DNA from: Myxococcota bacterium
GTDB taxonomy: Bacteria > Myxococcota_A > SURF-8
Reading direction: 5' to 3'
Assembly (NCBI GenBank): GCA_963674735.2
Contig: CAXXQS010000001.1
Location: forward strand, 448,001 to 512,000
Length of the DNA: 64,000 nt
Every line of letters starts with the position of its first letter. The first letter of the stretch is position 1. Below are positions 37,103-47,144 of this stretch, one piece after another. Both the position numbers and the translations under genes were made by a program. The notes under the pieces were generated by a model, which was not told the origin of the DNA, did not search any database, and saw only the letters and a program-made list of their open reading frames with translations.

Positions 37103-38272
37103 ATGCAGATCTCGGCGATTACCACCTATTTTCTCAGTGGAACGGGCAACACCCGGCGCGTGGCGTCCTGGATGGCCGATGAAGCCGTGCGGGACGGAGT
37201 TCGAACAACGTTGGTTCCCATCGACAAGGTTCGTCCGCAGGATTGGCAAGCGCAAGCCACAGGTCGCGACCATTTGTTGCTTTTAGCCGCTCCCACCCAT
37301 GGTTTCACGACGCCTTGGGTCATGCTGCTGTTCGCACTGGCGCTTCCACGGGGACACGGGATGTCGGCGGCGGTTGTCGCCACACGCGCCGGAATGCGCT
37401 GGGGCTGGTTCGAGCCGATGGGAGTGGCGGGGAGCAATCCTTTCTTGTTGGCGTTGATTTTGTGGGTGAAGGGTTACCGCGTAAGGGGCGTTTTACCGGT
37501 CAATATGCCGTCGAACTGGTTGTCGCTGCACTGGGGCTTGCATCCCCGCAATATCGCGCGTTGCCTGTCCGTCAACGAACCGAAAACACGGCACTTTATG
37601 CGACGTTTACTTCAGGGAAAACGGACCTGGCTGACGGTCAGCAACCTGCTTGAGTTTTTCTTTGCCGTCGTCCTGTCGCCGGTATCGGCCCTGTATCTGA
37701 TTATCGGACGACGCTGGCTTGCCAAGCTGTTTTTCGCCAACTCCGATTGCATCGGTTGCGGTCTTTGCGCACGGACTTGCCCGGTCGGCGCGATTCGCAT
37801 GCTGGGACCGGAGAACAAGCGACGACCGTATTGGCGGTTGCATTGCGAGTCGTGTATGCGCTGCATGGCGTACTGTCCGCAGCAAGCTGTCGAGGCGGGG
37901 CATTCCTGGGCGTTGATTTCCTGGTATGGGATCGGCGCGCCCGTTGCGGCCTTTGCGGTTCCGTTTGTTTTGGCCTCCATTCCCGGTTTGGATCGGCTGA
38001 ATCTGCCGCTGCTTGTTTCGGCGCTTGAGATGTTGTTTTTCATTCCCCTGCTGGTGCTGGCATATTGGGGATTGCACTATTTGATCGCAATTCCTTTTTT
38101 CAATCGCCTGTTTACCTGGACCACCCTGACGCACTGGTGGCGACGTTATCAGGAACCGACCACTCGCCTGACCGAGTTGACGCGCATCTCGGAGCGGCTG
38201 CCGGACAGCCGTGTTTCGGAAGAACCCGGCGGCATTCGTTCGGCACCTGTATTGCTCTCTAAGAAAGAATAA
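37103..38272 (+). CDS. EFR1-type flavodoxin/ferredoxin protein with TM segments
   Basis: YFLSGTGNT, APTHGF, NMPSNW; CIGCGLCARTCP and CESCMRCMAYCP 4Fe-4S motifs. Confidence 0.88.
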   Translation: MQISAITTYFLSGTGNTRRVASWMADEAVRDGVRTTLVPIDKVRPQDWQAQATGRDHLLLLAAPTHGFTTPWVMLLFALALPRGHGMSAAVVATRAGMRWGWFEPMGVAGSNPFLLALILWVKGYRVRGVLPVNMPSNWLSLHWGLHPRNIARCLSVNEPKTRHFMRRLLQGKRTWLTVSNLLEFFFAVVLSPVSALYLIIGRRWLAKLFFANSDCIGCGLCARTCPVGAIRMLGPENKRRPYWRLHCESCMRCMAYCPQQAVEAGHSWALISWYGIGAPVAAFAVPFVLASIPGLDRLNLPLLVSALEMLFFIPLLVLAYWGLHYLIAIPFFNRLFTWTTLTHWWRRYQEPTTRLTELTRISERLPDSRVSEEPGGIRSAPVLLSKKE

Positions 38273-38420
38273 ATAACGAGATAAGTATTATGCGTATGTA
38301 ATGTAAAGATCTGTAAAAACAAGGGAATATAACGATTGTGTAAATTAAATCGTTCTCTACGGAGAAATTAATGGTGAAAAAATACTTGCCTTGGCGAAAG
38401 GGTTCTGGCAGACTGGATTC

Positions 38421-39266
38421 ATGAAACGGACGGCACTGGACATCTATCAATATACCGACTATCGCGACTATCTAAAGGATCGTCTGGCCGAACTGAAAGC
38501 ACAGGACCGAAAGTATTCGCTCCGCTTTCTGGCCAAGAAGCTGGGGTTGTCGTCCAACAGCCATCTCAAGATGGTTATGGATGGCGATCACAACCTCTCG
38601 CTCGAACTCGGGCGCAAGCTGGCCGATTTTCTGAATCTGCGCAAGCAGGAAACCGATTTCTTCCTGATTTTGGTCCGGTATTGCCAGGCTAAAACGACCC
38701 GCGATAAAACCGAGGCCCTGGAGGATCTGCGCCGGGTGTCCCAGTTTGTCAAGATCCATCGGCTGGCTCTGGATCAGTTCGACTATTACAACGACCCGTT
38801 GACCCTGGTGTTGCGCGAGATGGTGGTGTTGCCCGGTTTCCAGGAAGATCCGGCTTGGATTGCCCAATATCTGCCGTTCAAAGCGACTGCCAAAGAGGTG
38901 AGAGAAGCGATTGACAAACTGTTGCGCCAGGGTTTGCTTGTGCGTAACGGAAACGGACGGCTGAAAGTCACCGAATCGCACATCACCACCGGGGATGGAT
39001 TTGGGGCCGTTACGTTGAAGGGATATTATCAAAACGCCTTCAACGGGGCGCTCGAAGCGCTCGATCTTTCCAGTGACAAACGCCACTTGGGCGGAATGTC
39101 GATGGCTGTTTCGGAAGAAACCTATGAAAAGATTGTGGATCATTTCAAGGATTTTCTCAATACGGTTCGAGCGGAAGTGGATGCGGATCACCAGCCGCGT
39201 CGGGTTTACCAGCTGGTGATGGGATGTTTCCCTTTGACAAAAGAAGTATTGCCCAACGGTGAATGA
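38421..39266 (+). CDS. TIGR02147-like protein (N-terminal HTH + DUF4423-like domain)
   Basis: IYQYTDYRDYLKD...YSLRFLAKKLGLSS.SHL..V..G..NLS; E..FF..LV; LRE; WIA; C-terminal VYQL....FPLT. Confidence 0.85.
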   Translation: MKRTALDIYQYTDYRDYLKDRLAELKAQDRKYSLRFLAKKLGLSSNSHLKMVMDGDHNLSLELGRKLADFLNLRKQETDFFLILVRYCQAKTTRDKTEALEDLRRVSQFVKIHRLALDQFDYYNDPLTLVLREMVVLPGFQEDPAWIAQYLPFKATAKEVREAIDKLLRQGLLVRNGNGRLKVTESHITTGDGFGAVTLKGYYQNAFNGALEALDLSSDKRHLGGMSMAVSEETYEKIVDHFKDFLNTVRAEVDADHQPRRVYQLVMGCFPLTKEVLPNGE

Positions 39267-39318
39267 ACCGTTACAATCAGCTAGAGTGTCTGCAAGTACG
39301 AGCAGGAGAGGTGGTATC

Positions 39319-39471
39319 ATGAAATTGAAGATGTGGATTCTGGGAGCGGCGATTCTTGTCTTGTCGGGTGTGGCTTCGGTTGGTTGGATGTCTGTGGCCA
39401 CCGGCAACGATATCTGCACGCTTTCCAGCAACACCTCCACCGTCGGCAATCCGATTATCCGCCAAGGTTGA
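39319..39471 (+). CDS. 50-aa exported peptide ending TSTVGNPIIRQG
   Basis: AGGAGAGGT RBS; MKLK + hydrophobic stretch, then a short polar tail; 52 bp after the TIGR02147-like gene. Confidence 0.65.
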   Translation: MKLKMWILGAAILVLSGVASVGWMSVATGNDICTLSSNTSTVGNPIIRQG

Positions 39472-39838
39472 GCGATCGGGTTGCAACCCTCGGCCGTTTT
39501 GGCCCGGCCGACGTCGGTCGGCGGGCTTATTTCGGTGAGGATAGCAGGACGGTACCGATCAAAATTCAAACCATATTATAAATAATAAAAAATATGAAAT
39601 AACGGCGGGGCGGGGGGTTGTTTCAGGAATGTGAAACCGGCCGTTCGTGGTTTCAGGCCACGTCATGAAAGACTGACTGGCGTCTGGGCGGCGTGCGAAA
39701 GAGGTGGACGCTCCGCCCAATGTGTGGCATGACTAAGTCGTGCAGTTTTGTCAACCGGATCGACGGTTGAGGGTGAAAGAAGGAAACAGACGGTCGCCTT
39801 GTAAGCGACGAAAACCGATAGCATAAAGGAGCGGGAAA

Positions 39839-41944
39839 ATGAAACGGCAATGGCTGTTGATTTGGGGACTGTTGACTGTGTTGCTGGTTGCGTGTACGCC
39901 CAAGGCGGTCGTGAAAGATGATGCCTCGGTCGCGGACCAGACGCTCGCCGCCGTTCCCGCCGAAGCCGATGTTCCCTTGATCGAACGGGATATGTTTTTC
40001 GGTAATCCCGATATCGTGGGGGTGCGGTTGAGCCCCGATGGCCGCTGGATCAGCTATGTCGCGCCGCACGAAGGAGTCTTGAACGTTTGGGTCGCACCGG
40101 CCGGGAACATGGCGGCGGCCCGAGTGGTGACGAATGACAAAGGGCGTGGAATTACCAGCTATCACTGGGCTTTCAGCAATCGACATATTGTCTACCTGCA
40201 GGATCAGGGCGGCGATGAAAACTGGCAGATTTTCGGTGTGGATCTGCAGACGCGCCAATCGACCCTGTTTACCCCGGCCGATAAAGTGCAGGCGAACATC
40301 GTAAAGGTGAGCCACAAATTCCCTGAAGAGATTTTGATCGGGTTGAACGACCGCAATCCGCAATACCACGACATCTACCGCCTCAATATCGTCAGTGGCG
40401 AAAAAACGCTGGTGATCAAAAACGACGGCTTCGGCTCCTTCGTTTTCGACGACGATTACAAGCTGCGTTTTGCTGACCGGCCTACGCCCGAGGGTGGATT
40501 CGAGCTGCTTGAATACAAGGAGGACGGCACCTGGGCGTCGTACATGGACGTGAGCATGGAAGACGCATTCAGCACCAGCTTGATCGATTTGACGCCGGAT
40601 GGCCAGGGTGCGTACATGATCAGCAGTATCGGACGCAACACGGCGGCGCTGGTCGAGCTGACACTGGCGGACAAATCCATGCGTGTTCTGGCCGAAGATC
40701 CGAAGGCCGATGTCACCTCCGTGATGATTCACCCCGTTACTAAAAAAGTCGAGGGTGTGCGGGTGGAATTCGAGCGCAACGAGTGGACGTTCATGGATGA
40801 AGCGGTAAAGGCCGATTTCGAAACCTTGAAGGCCGTGCGCTCGGGCGATCTGTGGATCACCAGCCGCACGCTGGATGATCGCCGTTGGATAGCGGTCTTC
40901 GATCAGGATAACGGCCCGGTGTTGTTCTACCTCTATGACCGCGACCGTCGGAAGGCCGATTTCTTGTTCGCCCATCGCCCCAAGCTGCAGACGCTGCCGC
41001 TCACACATATGTATCCCACCGTTATCAAATCACGCGACGGTCTCGATCTGGTCGCCTATTACTCCCTGCCGGCCTGGGAAGACCATAACGGTGCTCCCGC
41101 GAAGCCGTTGCCCTTGGTTCTGGTCGTGCATGGCGGTCCCTGGTATCGCGACAGTTGGGGCTACGATCCCTTCCATCAGTGGATGAGCAATCGCGGGTTT
41201 GCCGTTCTCAGCGTCAACTTCCGCGGCTCCACCGGCTTCGGCAAAGATTTCGTCAATGCCGCCAATCGGGAATGGGGTGGCAAGATGCATGACGATCTGA
41301 TCGATGCGGTAGACTGGGCGGTGGCACAGAAGATCGCCGATCCCGAACGGGTCGCTATTTTCGGAGGCAGTTACGGAGGCTACGCCACCTTGGTGGGGAT
41401 GACGTTCACTCCCGAGCGTTTTGCCTGCGGGGTGGACCTGGTCGGACCGTCCAACCTGGTTACCTTCCTCAATGCAATTCCGCCATATTGGACGCCCTAT
41501 CTGGAGATGTTCACCAAGCGGGTGGGCGATCACCGCACCGACGACGGCCGTCAGTTCCTGATGTCCCGCTCTCCCATCACGTTTGTCGATAAAATCGCGC
41601 GTCCCTTGTTGATCGGGCAGGGGGCCAATGATCCGCGCGTGGTCAAGAACGAGTCGGACCAGTTGGCCAAGGCCATGCAGGAGCGTAACATTCCGGTAAC
41701 CTATGTCTTGTATCCGGATGAGGGGCACGGCTTCAAACGGCCGGAGAATCGGCAGTCGTTTTTCGCGATTACGGAAGTGTTCCTGGCGGATTGCCTGGGG
41801 GGACGTTCCGAGCCGATCGGCGCTTCTTTCCCGGGATCATCCATACAGGTGCCGGTCGGGGCGTCGTCCATTCCCGGTCTTCTGGAGGCATTGGAACCCC
41901 CGGCGGCGGTGAAAACCGAATCCGAGAATCCCGTTCAGCCATAA
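39839..41944 (+). CDS. S9 family (prolyl oligopeptidase/dipeptidyl aminopeptidase) lipoprotein
   Basis: Lipobox LVAC; HGGPW, NFRGSTGFG, GGSYGG, NDPRV, DEGHGF. Confidence 0.95.
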   Translation: MKRQWLLIWGLLTVLLVACTPKAVVKDDASVADQTLAAVPAEADVPLIERDMFFGNPDIVGVRLSPDGRWISYVAPHEGVLNVWVAPAGNMAAARVVTNDKGRGITSYHWAFSNRHIVYLQDQGGDENWQIFGVDLQTRQSTLFTPADKVQANIVKVSHKFPEEILIGLNDRNPQYHDIYRLNIVSGEKTLVIKNDGFGSFVFDDDYKLRFADRPTPEGGFELLEYKEDGTWASYMDVSMEDAFSTSLIDLTPDGQGAYMISSIGRNTAALVELTLADKSMRVLAEDPKADVTSVMIHPVTKKVEGVRVEFERNEWTFMDEAVKADFETLKAVRSGDLWITSRTLDDRRWIAVFDQDNGPVLFYLYDRDRRKADFLFAHRPKLQTLPLTHMYPTVIKSRDGLDLVAYYSLPAWEDHNGAPAKPLPLVLVVHGGPWYRDSWGYDPFHQWMSNRGFAVLSVNFRGSTGFGKDFVNAANREWGGKMHDDLIDAVDWAVAQKIADPERVAIFGGSYGGYATLVGMTFTPERFACGVDLVGPSNLVTFLNAIPPYWTPYLEMFTKRVGDHRTDDGRQFLMSRSPITFVDKIARPLLIGQGANDPRVVKNESDQLAKAMQERNIPVTYVLYPDEGHGFKRPENRQSFFAITEVFLADCLGGRSEPIGASFPGSSIQVPVGASSIPGLLEALEPPAAVKTESENPVQP

Positions 41945-41995
41945 TGATCCGAGGGGTTGTGCGACTTCTTTTTTAGGGTGAAAGCGGTAGACGAC

Positions 41996-42730
41996 ATGAA
42001 ACGACAGACGTCTTCTCTCGGACTGGCGACACGGGTTATCGCCTCCAATATCTGGCTGCTCAACGACGCACAAGGCCGCCGTTTTCTGATCGACAGTGGA
42101 CATGCCGCCGAACGGGGAAGCCTGAAGCGATCCTTGCGCAAAGCCGGAGTACGAACGCACGGTGATTTGCAGGCGGTGCTGCTCACCCATCGCCACAGCG
42201 ACCATGCCGGAAACGCCGCCTGGCTGCGAGACTACTTCGATTGCCCGGTTTTTTGTCATCCCAACGACGCCCCGGTTTTGTCGGGCTATGCCCCTGCGCC
42301 TCGGGTTTGGCGCGGCATCGGCAATCCCATCGATCATCTTTTCTGTTACATGGAGGATCACCACCCGGCGCGCTTGTGGGTGGACGATGTTTACGACGAA
42401 GGCCATTGGCGCTGGGGTTTCCACGTTTTCCCGGCCTTCGGCCATACGGAGGGATCGGTGCTGCTGTATCATGAACCCACGCAGGTTCTATTCACCGGGG
42501 ATGCGCTCCTGACCGGGATTCCGCCCATGCGGCGCTCGGAAGTCTTTCAACTCGCCTTCGCGCCCTACAGCATCGATCGTCCGCTCTGCCATCGTCTGAC
42601 CTTGGATCTGCTGGCCGATCCGCCGCCCCTGAATGGAATCGCGTCGGGGCACGGACCTTACGTGTTTGAGCGGATCGGTGAGAAACTGGCAGGTTTCGTT
42701 CAGGAACAACGTCAGGGCGTGCCTGCCTAG
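41996..42730 (+). CDS. MBL-fold metallo-hydrolase
   Basis: LIDSG, THRHSDHAG, GHTEGS, TGDA, SGHG. Confidence 0.9.
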   Translation: MKRQTSSLGLATRVIASNIWLLNDAQGRRFLIDSGHAAERGSLKRSLRKAGVRTHGDLQAVLLTHRHSDHAGNAAWLRDYFDCPVFCHPNDAPVLSGYAPAPRVWRGIGNPIDHLFCYMEDHHPARLWVDDVYDEGHWRWGFHVFPAFGHTEGSVLLYHEPTQVLFTGDALLTGIPPMRRSEVFQLAFAPYSIDRPLCHRLTLDLLADPPPLNGIASGHGPYVFERIGEKLAGFVQEQRQGVPA

Positions 42731-44745
42731 TCGGCCAATACGGCGCGGTCGCGGCCGTCGGCTTTGGCACGGTACAAGGCCCGGTCTGCGGCTCCGATCA
42801 ACGCCTCGTTTTCTTCGCCGTGGGTGGGATACACCGCGACACCGACGGAAATCGTCACAGTGCCAAGCGGGTCGCCGCTGAAACGCAGGTCGAGCTTGCG
42901 CATGCGTTCGCACAATTCGTTGGCGCGTTGAAGCGCCACCTCTTCAGGCGCCCCCGGCAAAATCAAGGTGAATTCCTCGCCGCCATAGCGGCAGGCGACG
43001 TCCTCGCGACGGATGAAGCTGTTGAGTACCAAGCCGAGTTGCTTGAGCACGTAGTCGCCTGCTTCGTGGCCATGGTTGTCGTTGAACAGCTTGAAGTGGT
43101 CGATATCGATCATGAACACGGCCATCGGTTTTTCTTTCCGGCGAGCGCGGCTGAGTTCGCGCTCCAGCGACTCTTCCAGGAAGCGTCGGTTGTAGAGGCC
43201 GGTCAAGGGATCGCGAATGGCCTGGATACGCAGGGCTTCACGTAAACGCAGGTTGGAAAGCGCTAGGCTGGTATGTTCGGCCATCAACGCCACCAGGCGC
43301 ACTTTCGATGGATCGAGGGGCATGCCCGCGTGAGATTTGAGGTGCAAAACGCCGAGCGTGCTGCCGTGGGCCATCATCGGCAGGCAGATGGTCGGCGCGT
43401 CCAGATTGTCGGGTAGGTGGCGACAAATGGCGTTCGATTTATCGGGGCCCATGCGATGGGGTTGGCCGCGGCGAATGGCCCAGCAATCGTTGGGAGCGAA
43501 CACGCGTTCCCCCGGCCAGTCGTCGCCCCAGGTGGCGATGTGCTCGAACAGGTTTTGACTGTTGTTGATGATCGACACGGCTCCCGTCTCCGACTTGAAC
43601 AGGAAAGTGGCGATGCGAGTGATGACCTCGCCCGCCTCTTTCATGCTGTCGCAGGCACCCAGTAGATTGTCGAGATCGTCGAGCAGGGTGATTTCCCGGT
43701 TGCGATCTTCGTAATTTTGCAGAAGTTTCTCGAATTCCTTTGAGAGCAAGCCGATTTCGTCTTTTCGTTTGAGAGCGAAGAATTCGCTTCCCGTTTCGCC
43801 TGCCTGGCGCGCCGTGATATAGCGCGTCAGCTGCGCCATGGGACGAATCAGGATGGATTGCAGAATCAAGACCAGGAGTCCGAACAGTCCGAGTATGACG
43901 CCAATCAAGAATAACAGTTGAATCGTGATATCGTTGTAAACAAGCTTGTGAATCACCCGTGGGATCGGCGCCCGAATGCTTAACCGGTTGCTGTTGATCG
44001 ACTTGATTGGCAGGTAAGCGGTCATGGTTTCCGCGTTGTCGAAGTCGGCCAGAATGCGCGGGTTTCCGGGCTCCCCGGGAGAAATTAGAGGTTTGGCCGT
44101 ATGGGGGATCGGTTGGAGCGTCAGTTCGAATGGCAAGGTGATGAAGCGGCTGATCAGTCCAAGAGCTTCGGTCGTCAGGACGCGGCCACCGATAATGGTG
44201 CCTTGGATGACGGGCTGAGGTCCGGTATTTTCCTCGAAGATAACATGGGCCGAGATCATCCAAACGGATTTACCGCTGATGTAGAATCCCGCTTTATTGA
44301 ATTGAGCCATATCGGAAAGCAGTAAAGGATGATCGGCGGGGATCTGATCTTGATTGAACTCGGTTTGGTTTTGTATTTCATCCCGCTTGAGATTCATCAG
44401 CCCGCCATGCAGGCGGCGGCCTTGCTTGTCGTAAATGGCCAGCAAATTCAAACCGGTATGGCTGAATTCATTCTGGAGAAGATTGGGGAGGTTGGAGGAC
44501 ACTGGTGACGTGTCATTGCGGTTCAGCAGTTGGTTTAAATGTAGAGCTGAAAACACCAGAGTGTTCAAGTGCTGCTGCTCATTGTCCAGTAGACTGTGGC
44601 AGCGTTCGATTTCAAGCTCCAACTCCCGTTTCTCGACGGCTTCAGTAAACTCATCCAGCATGTAAAAGCTGTAAAGCAACTCGACTGCAAAATAAGCGCT
44701 CCAGACAAAGGCGAGGGCTAAAAGAATTTTAGTGCGGATCATCAT
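42727..44745 (-). CDS. Membrane sensor diguanylate cyclase (CHASE4-like + HAMP + GAF + GGDEF)
   Basis: 2 TMs; RKDEIG HAMP; DPLTGLYNRR, DIDHFK, I-site RRED, GGEEF. Confidence 0.93.
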   Translation of the reverse strand: MMIRTKILLALAFVWSAYFAVELLYSFYMLDEFTEAVEKRELELEIERCHSLLDNEQQHLNTLVFSALHLNQLLNRNDTSPVSSNLPNLLQNEFSHTGLNLLAIYDKQGRRLHGGLMNLKRDEIQNQTEFNQDQIPADHPLLLSDMAQFNKAGFYISGKSVWMISAHVIFEENTGPQPVIQGTIIGGRVLTTEALGLISRFITLPFELTLQPIPHTAKPLISPGEPGNPRILADFDNAETMTAYLPIKSINSNRLSIRAPIPRVIHKLVYNDITIQLLFLIGVILGLFGLLVLILQSILIRPMAQLTRYITARQAGETGSEFFALKRKDEIGLLSKEFEKLLQNYEDRNREITLLDDLDNLLGACDSMKEAGEVITRIATFLFKSETGAVSIINNSQNLFEHIATWGDDWPGERVFAPNDCWAIRRGQPHRMGPDKSNAICRHLPDNLDAPTICLPMMAHGSTLGVLHLKSHAGMPLDPSKVRLVALMAEHTSLALSNLRLREALRIQAIRDPLTGLYNRRFLEESLERELSRARRKEKPMAVFMIDIDHFKLFNDNHGHEAGDYVLKQLGLVLNSFIRREDVACRYGGEEFTLILPGAPEEVALQRANELCERMRKLDLRFSGDPLGTVTISVGVAVYPTHGEENEALIGAADRALYRAKADGRDRAVLAD

Positions 44746-44977
44746 GATTGAGTCATTTCCCAATGCTGAGTGACAAAAACGTTGAAGCCGCTTGAATATA
44801 GGTGTAAATCTCACGGGTATCAAGCTTGAACCGAGAATCAAGCTCTGTTAGTATATTCGACAAGTTTTTTCGTAAGTTTACAAGCAATTGATAAATAGGA
44901 AATGCAACGTGTCCATTAATCGCGTGGCAGTGGGAGAGGCCGGGTCGCATCTGTTGATCGTGCGCAAGCGTCCGCTT

Positions 44978-47119
44978 ATGCCGGAAGCGCTAGATACTGC
45001 AGTGAAAACAATTACATATGATTCAGATCTCGACGCGTATCGCGTGCGACTCGCGCTGTTGGGGCAGGGTCTGGGTCTGGTGGCCGGTGGGGATGTGGCG
45101 ACGCTCTCCGAAAGCGGGGCGCGCTTGTCCGCCCTTGGTTTTCGCTGGGCCATTTCACCGCGTTCCGTGCCGCGTGCGCCTGTTATGGGGGTGCGCGGGT
45201 TCACGCTTGAGAAAGACCGCCTGTGCTTCGAAACCGCGACGGGTCCGATCGTGATGCCGAAGGGAGCGCGCGTTTTGGCCGTTTTAGGCGATCTCGGGGG
45301 GCGTCTGGTGGGGAAAGTTGCTCGCCAGGCGTCCATGCAATCGGCGCGGTCCGTTGCGGAGCAGGCCGGGCTGTCGGCGGCCGAAAAATACAAAACGATT
45401 TTCCAGGGCTTGCCGGTTGTGGATCTTTACATCCTGCCGAAGGGCTTTGCGGCACAACAGGCGGAAGCGGTGGGGCCGTTGCGTCTGCTGCCTGGAAAGT
45501 TTTCGCCTGATGGTCTGGGAGAAGCGAAAACGCCCAGCACCGTTCAGAATCTCGACCGCACCCTGCGCGCCGTGAAAGGTCTGGCCGGTTGGTTTCGCTT
45601 AGAGACGGATTTCGGCTTGTTCAGTCTTCCGGGTTGTGCGCTGGAGTCGGGGCGTGAACCGGCCGTGGTGCAGCGCAATCTGCGCGCTCTTCGCGAGTAT
45701 GGGCGTCACCTGCTGGCGATTTTGCAGCAGGGGTCGCAAAACGCCTCGGCCAAGACGCATACCGCAACTCAAACGGACGGCGCGAATCGAGCATCATCGC
45801 AAGCCCACTCACCCGGCGGATCTGAAGTGCAACCGGCAGCGGCGACGATTGCTACGGCGGCCGCGACTGCTACGGCTGGTATTGCGGCGCTGTCCGGGGC
45901 GGCGGTCGGAGTGGTTGCCGCTCCGCTTTCGGCTGGAAACGTTCCGCAAGCGTCGCCCGATAAGGCCGACGACTTGGGGCCGATGGAAACGGTCGAGCCC
46001 GAACGGGACGAAGCGGCGCTGCGCGAGGTGGGCGTCTTGCCGCCGCCTCCGGCTTTCGATGTCCAGGGTCATATCGTGCGCATCGGGGCCAAAACCATGC
46101 GGCTGACCGTTGGGTCGGCTTTCTTGGCGATTCTGATCGTCGGCGGGATTGTGGCGTTTGCGATCAGCGAACAGGTGCAGGCGTGGTTCTGGCTCTATGG
46201 CGTACAAAAGGGGATCGCCTTTTTCCTGGCGTCGGCGGGATGCTTTTATACGGCGTTTCGCTTCTTGTGGCTGAAGCGTTGGATGGATAACACCCCCACG
46301 TCGAAGATCCGGTCGCTGGCGATGGGGATGGTCGAGATCAAGGGCATGACCGAACGGGCGTACAACCTGATTTCGCCCATAACCATGGTCCCTTGCGTCT
46401 ATTACCGGCTGCGCAAGTATCGCCGTTCACGCAAGCACGGCCAGCAAACGATCGGCGGTTGGGATTTGATCGACGAGTACGATTGCGGACCGGTTCCCTT
46501 TTATCTGCGCGACGAAACGGGCAAGGTGACGGTGAACCCGGAGGGGGCGCGCGTGTCGCCGGCTCATACGGAAACGCGGGTTTACGGCGCCGATATGGGG
46601 CTTCCCTTCGGTTTGACGATCGGACGTGACGAAAAGGTGGTGGAGGAAATGATTCCCGAGGGCACGACCGCCTATGTTCTGGGTTCGGCTGCGCCCCGGA
46701 AATCGGAAGCGACCCCGTTGGCGCGGCGGGTGGCCGAGAAACTGCGCCTGTTGAAAAAGGACGAGGCCCGGCTGAAGCAGTATGACGTGAACGGTGATGG
46801 CCGCATCGATGAACACGAGTGGGATGCCGCTCGGCGGGGTATGGAAAAAGAGGCGCTGGAAGAGGCGTTGGCCGACGGAAAGGCCGCCACGAAACAGGAG
46901 GCGCAAGCCGTAATTCAACGCCCGGAACACACGCGCCTGCCTTTCGTCATTGCCGAATCGTCGGAGAAAAAGCTGACGACTCTTTACGGCATTTATAGCG
47001 GGTTGTTGTTTGTCGGCGCTCTGGTGACGGTGGCGGTGGGCGTTTTGCTTCTGACCGGGACGATCGGGGCCGAGTGGATCCCGGTGGAGTTGCGGGACAC
47101 GGCGGGAACGCGTTTGTGA
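44978..47119 (+). CDS. GIDE-like membrane protein with EF-hand, LemA-associated
   Basis: NTPTSKIRSLAMGMVEIKG, PCVYY, PFYLRDETG..VNPEGA; YDVNGDGRIDEHEW EF-hand; TMs. Start uncertain. Confidence 0.75.
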   Translation: MPEALDTAVKTITYDSDLDAYRVRLALLGQGLGLVAGGDVATLSESGARLSALGFRWAISPRSVPRAPVMGVRGFTLEKDRLCFETATGPIVMPKGARVLAVLGDLGGRLVGKVARQASMQSARSVAEQAGLSAAEKYKTIFQGLPVVDLYILPKGFAAQQAEAVGPLRLLPGKFSPDGLGEAKTPSTVQNLDRTLRAVKGLAGWFRLETDFGLFSLPGCALESGREPAVVQRNLRALREYGRHLLAILQQGSQNASAKTHTATQTDGANRASSQAHSPGGSEVQPAAATIATAAATATAGIAALSGAAVGVVAAPLSAGNVPQASPDKADDLGPMETVEPERDEAALREVGVLPPPPAFDVQGHIVRIGAKTMRLTVGSAFLAILIVGGIVAFAISEQVQAWFWLYGVQKGIAFFLASAGCFYTAFRFLWLKRWMDNTPTSKIRSLAMGMVEIKGMTERAYNLISPITMVPCVYYRLRKYRRSRKHGQQTIGGWDLIDEYDCGPVPFYLRDETGKVTVNPEGARVSPAHTETRVYGADMGLPFGLTIGRDEKVVEEMIPEGTTAYVLGSAAPRKSEATPLARRVAEKLRLLKKDEARLKQYDVNGDGRIDEHEWDAARRGMEKEALEEALADGKAATKQEAQAVIQRPEHTRLPFVIAESSEKKLTTLYGIYSGLLFVGALVTVAVGVLLLTGTIGAEWIPVELRDTAGTRL

Positions 47120-47144
47120 GTGGCGAAATGAAAGGATACCCGCG

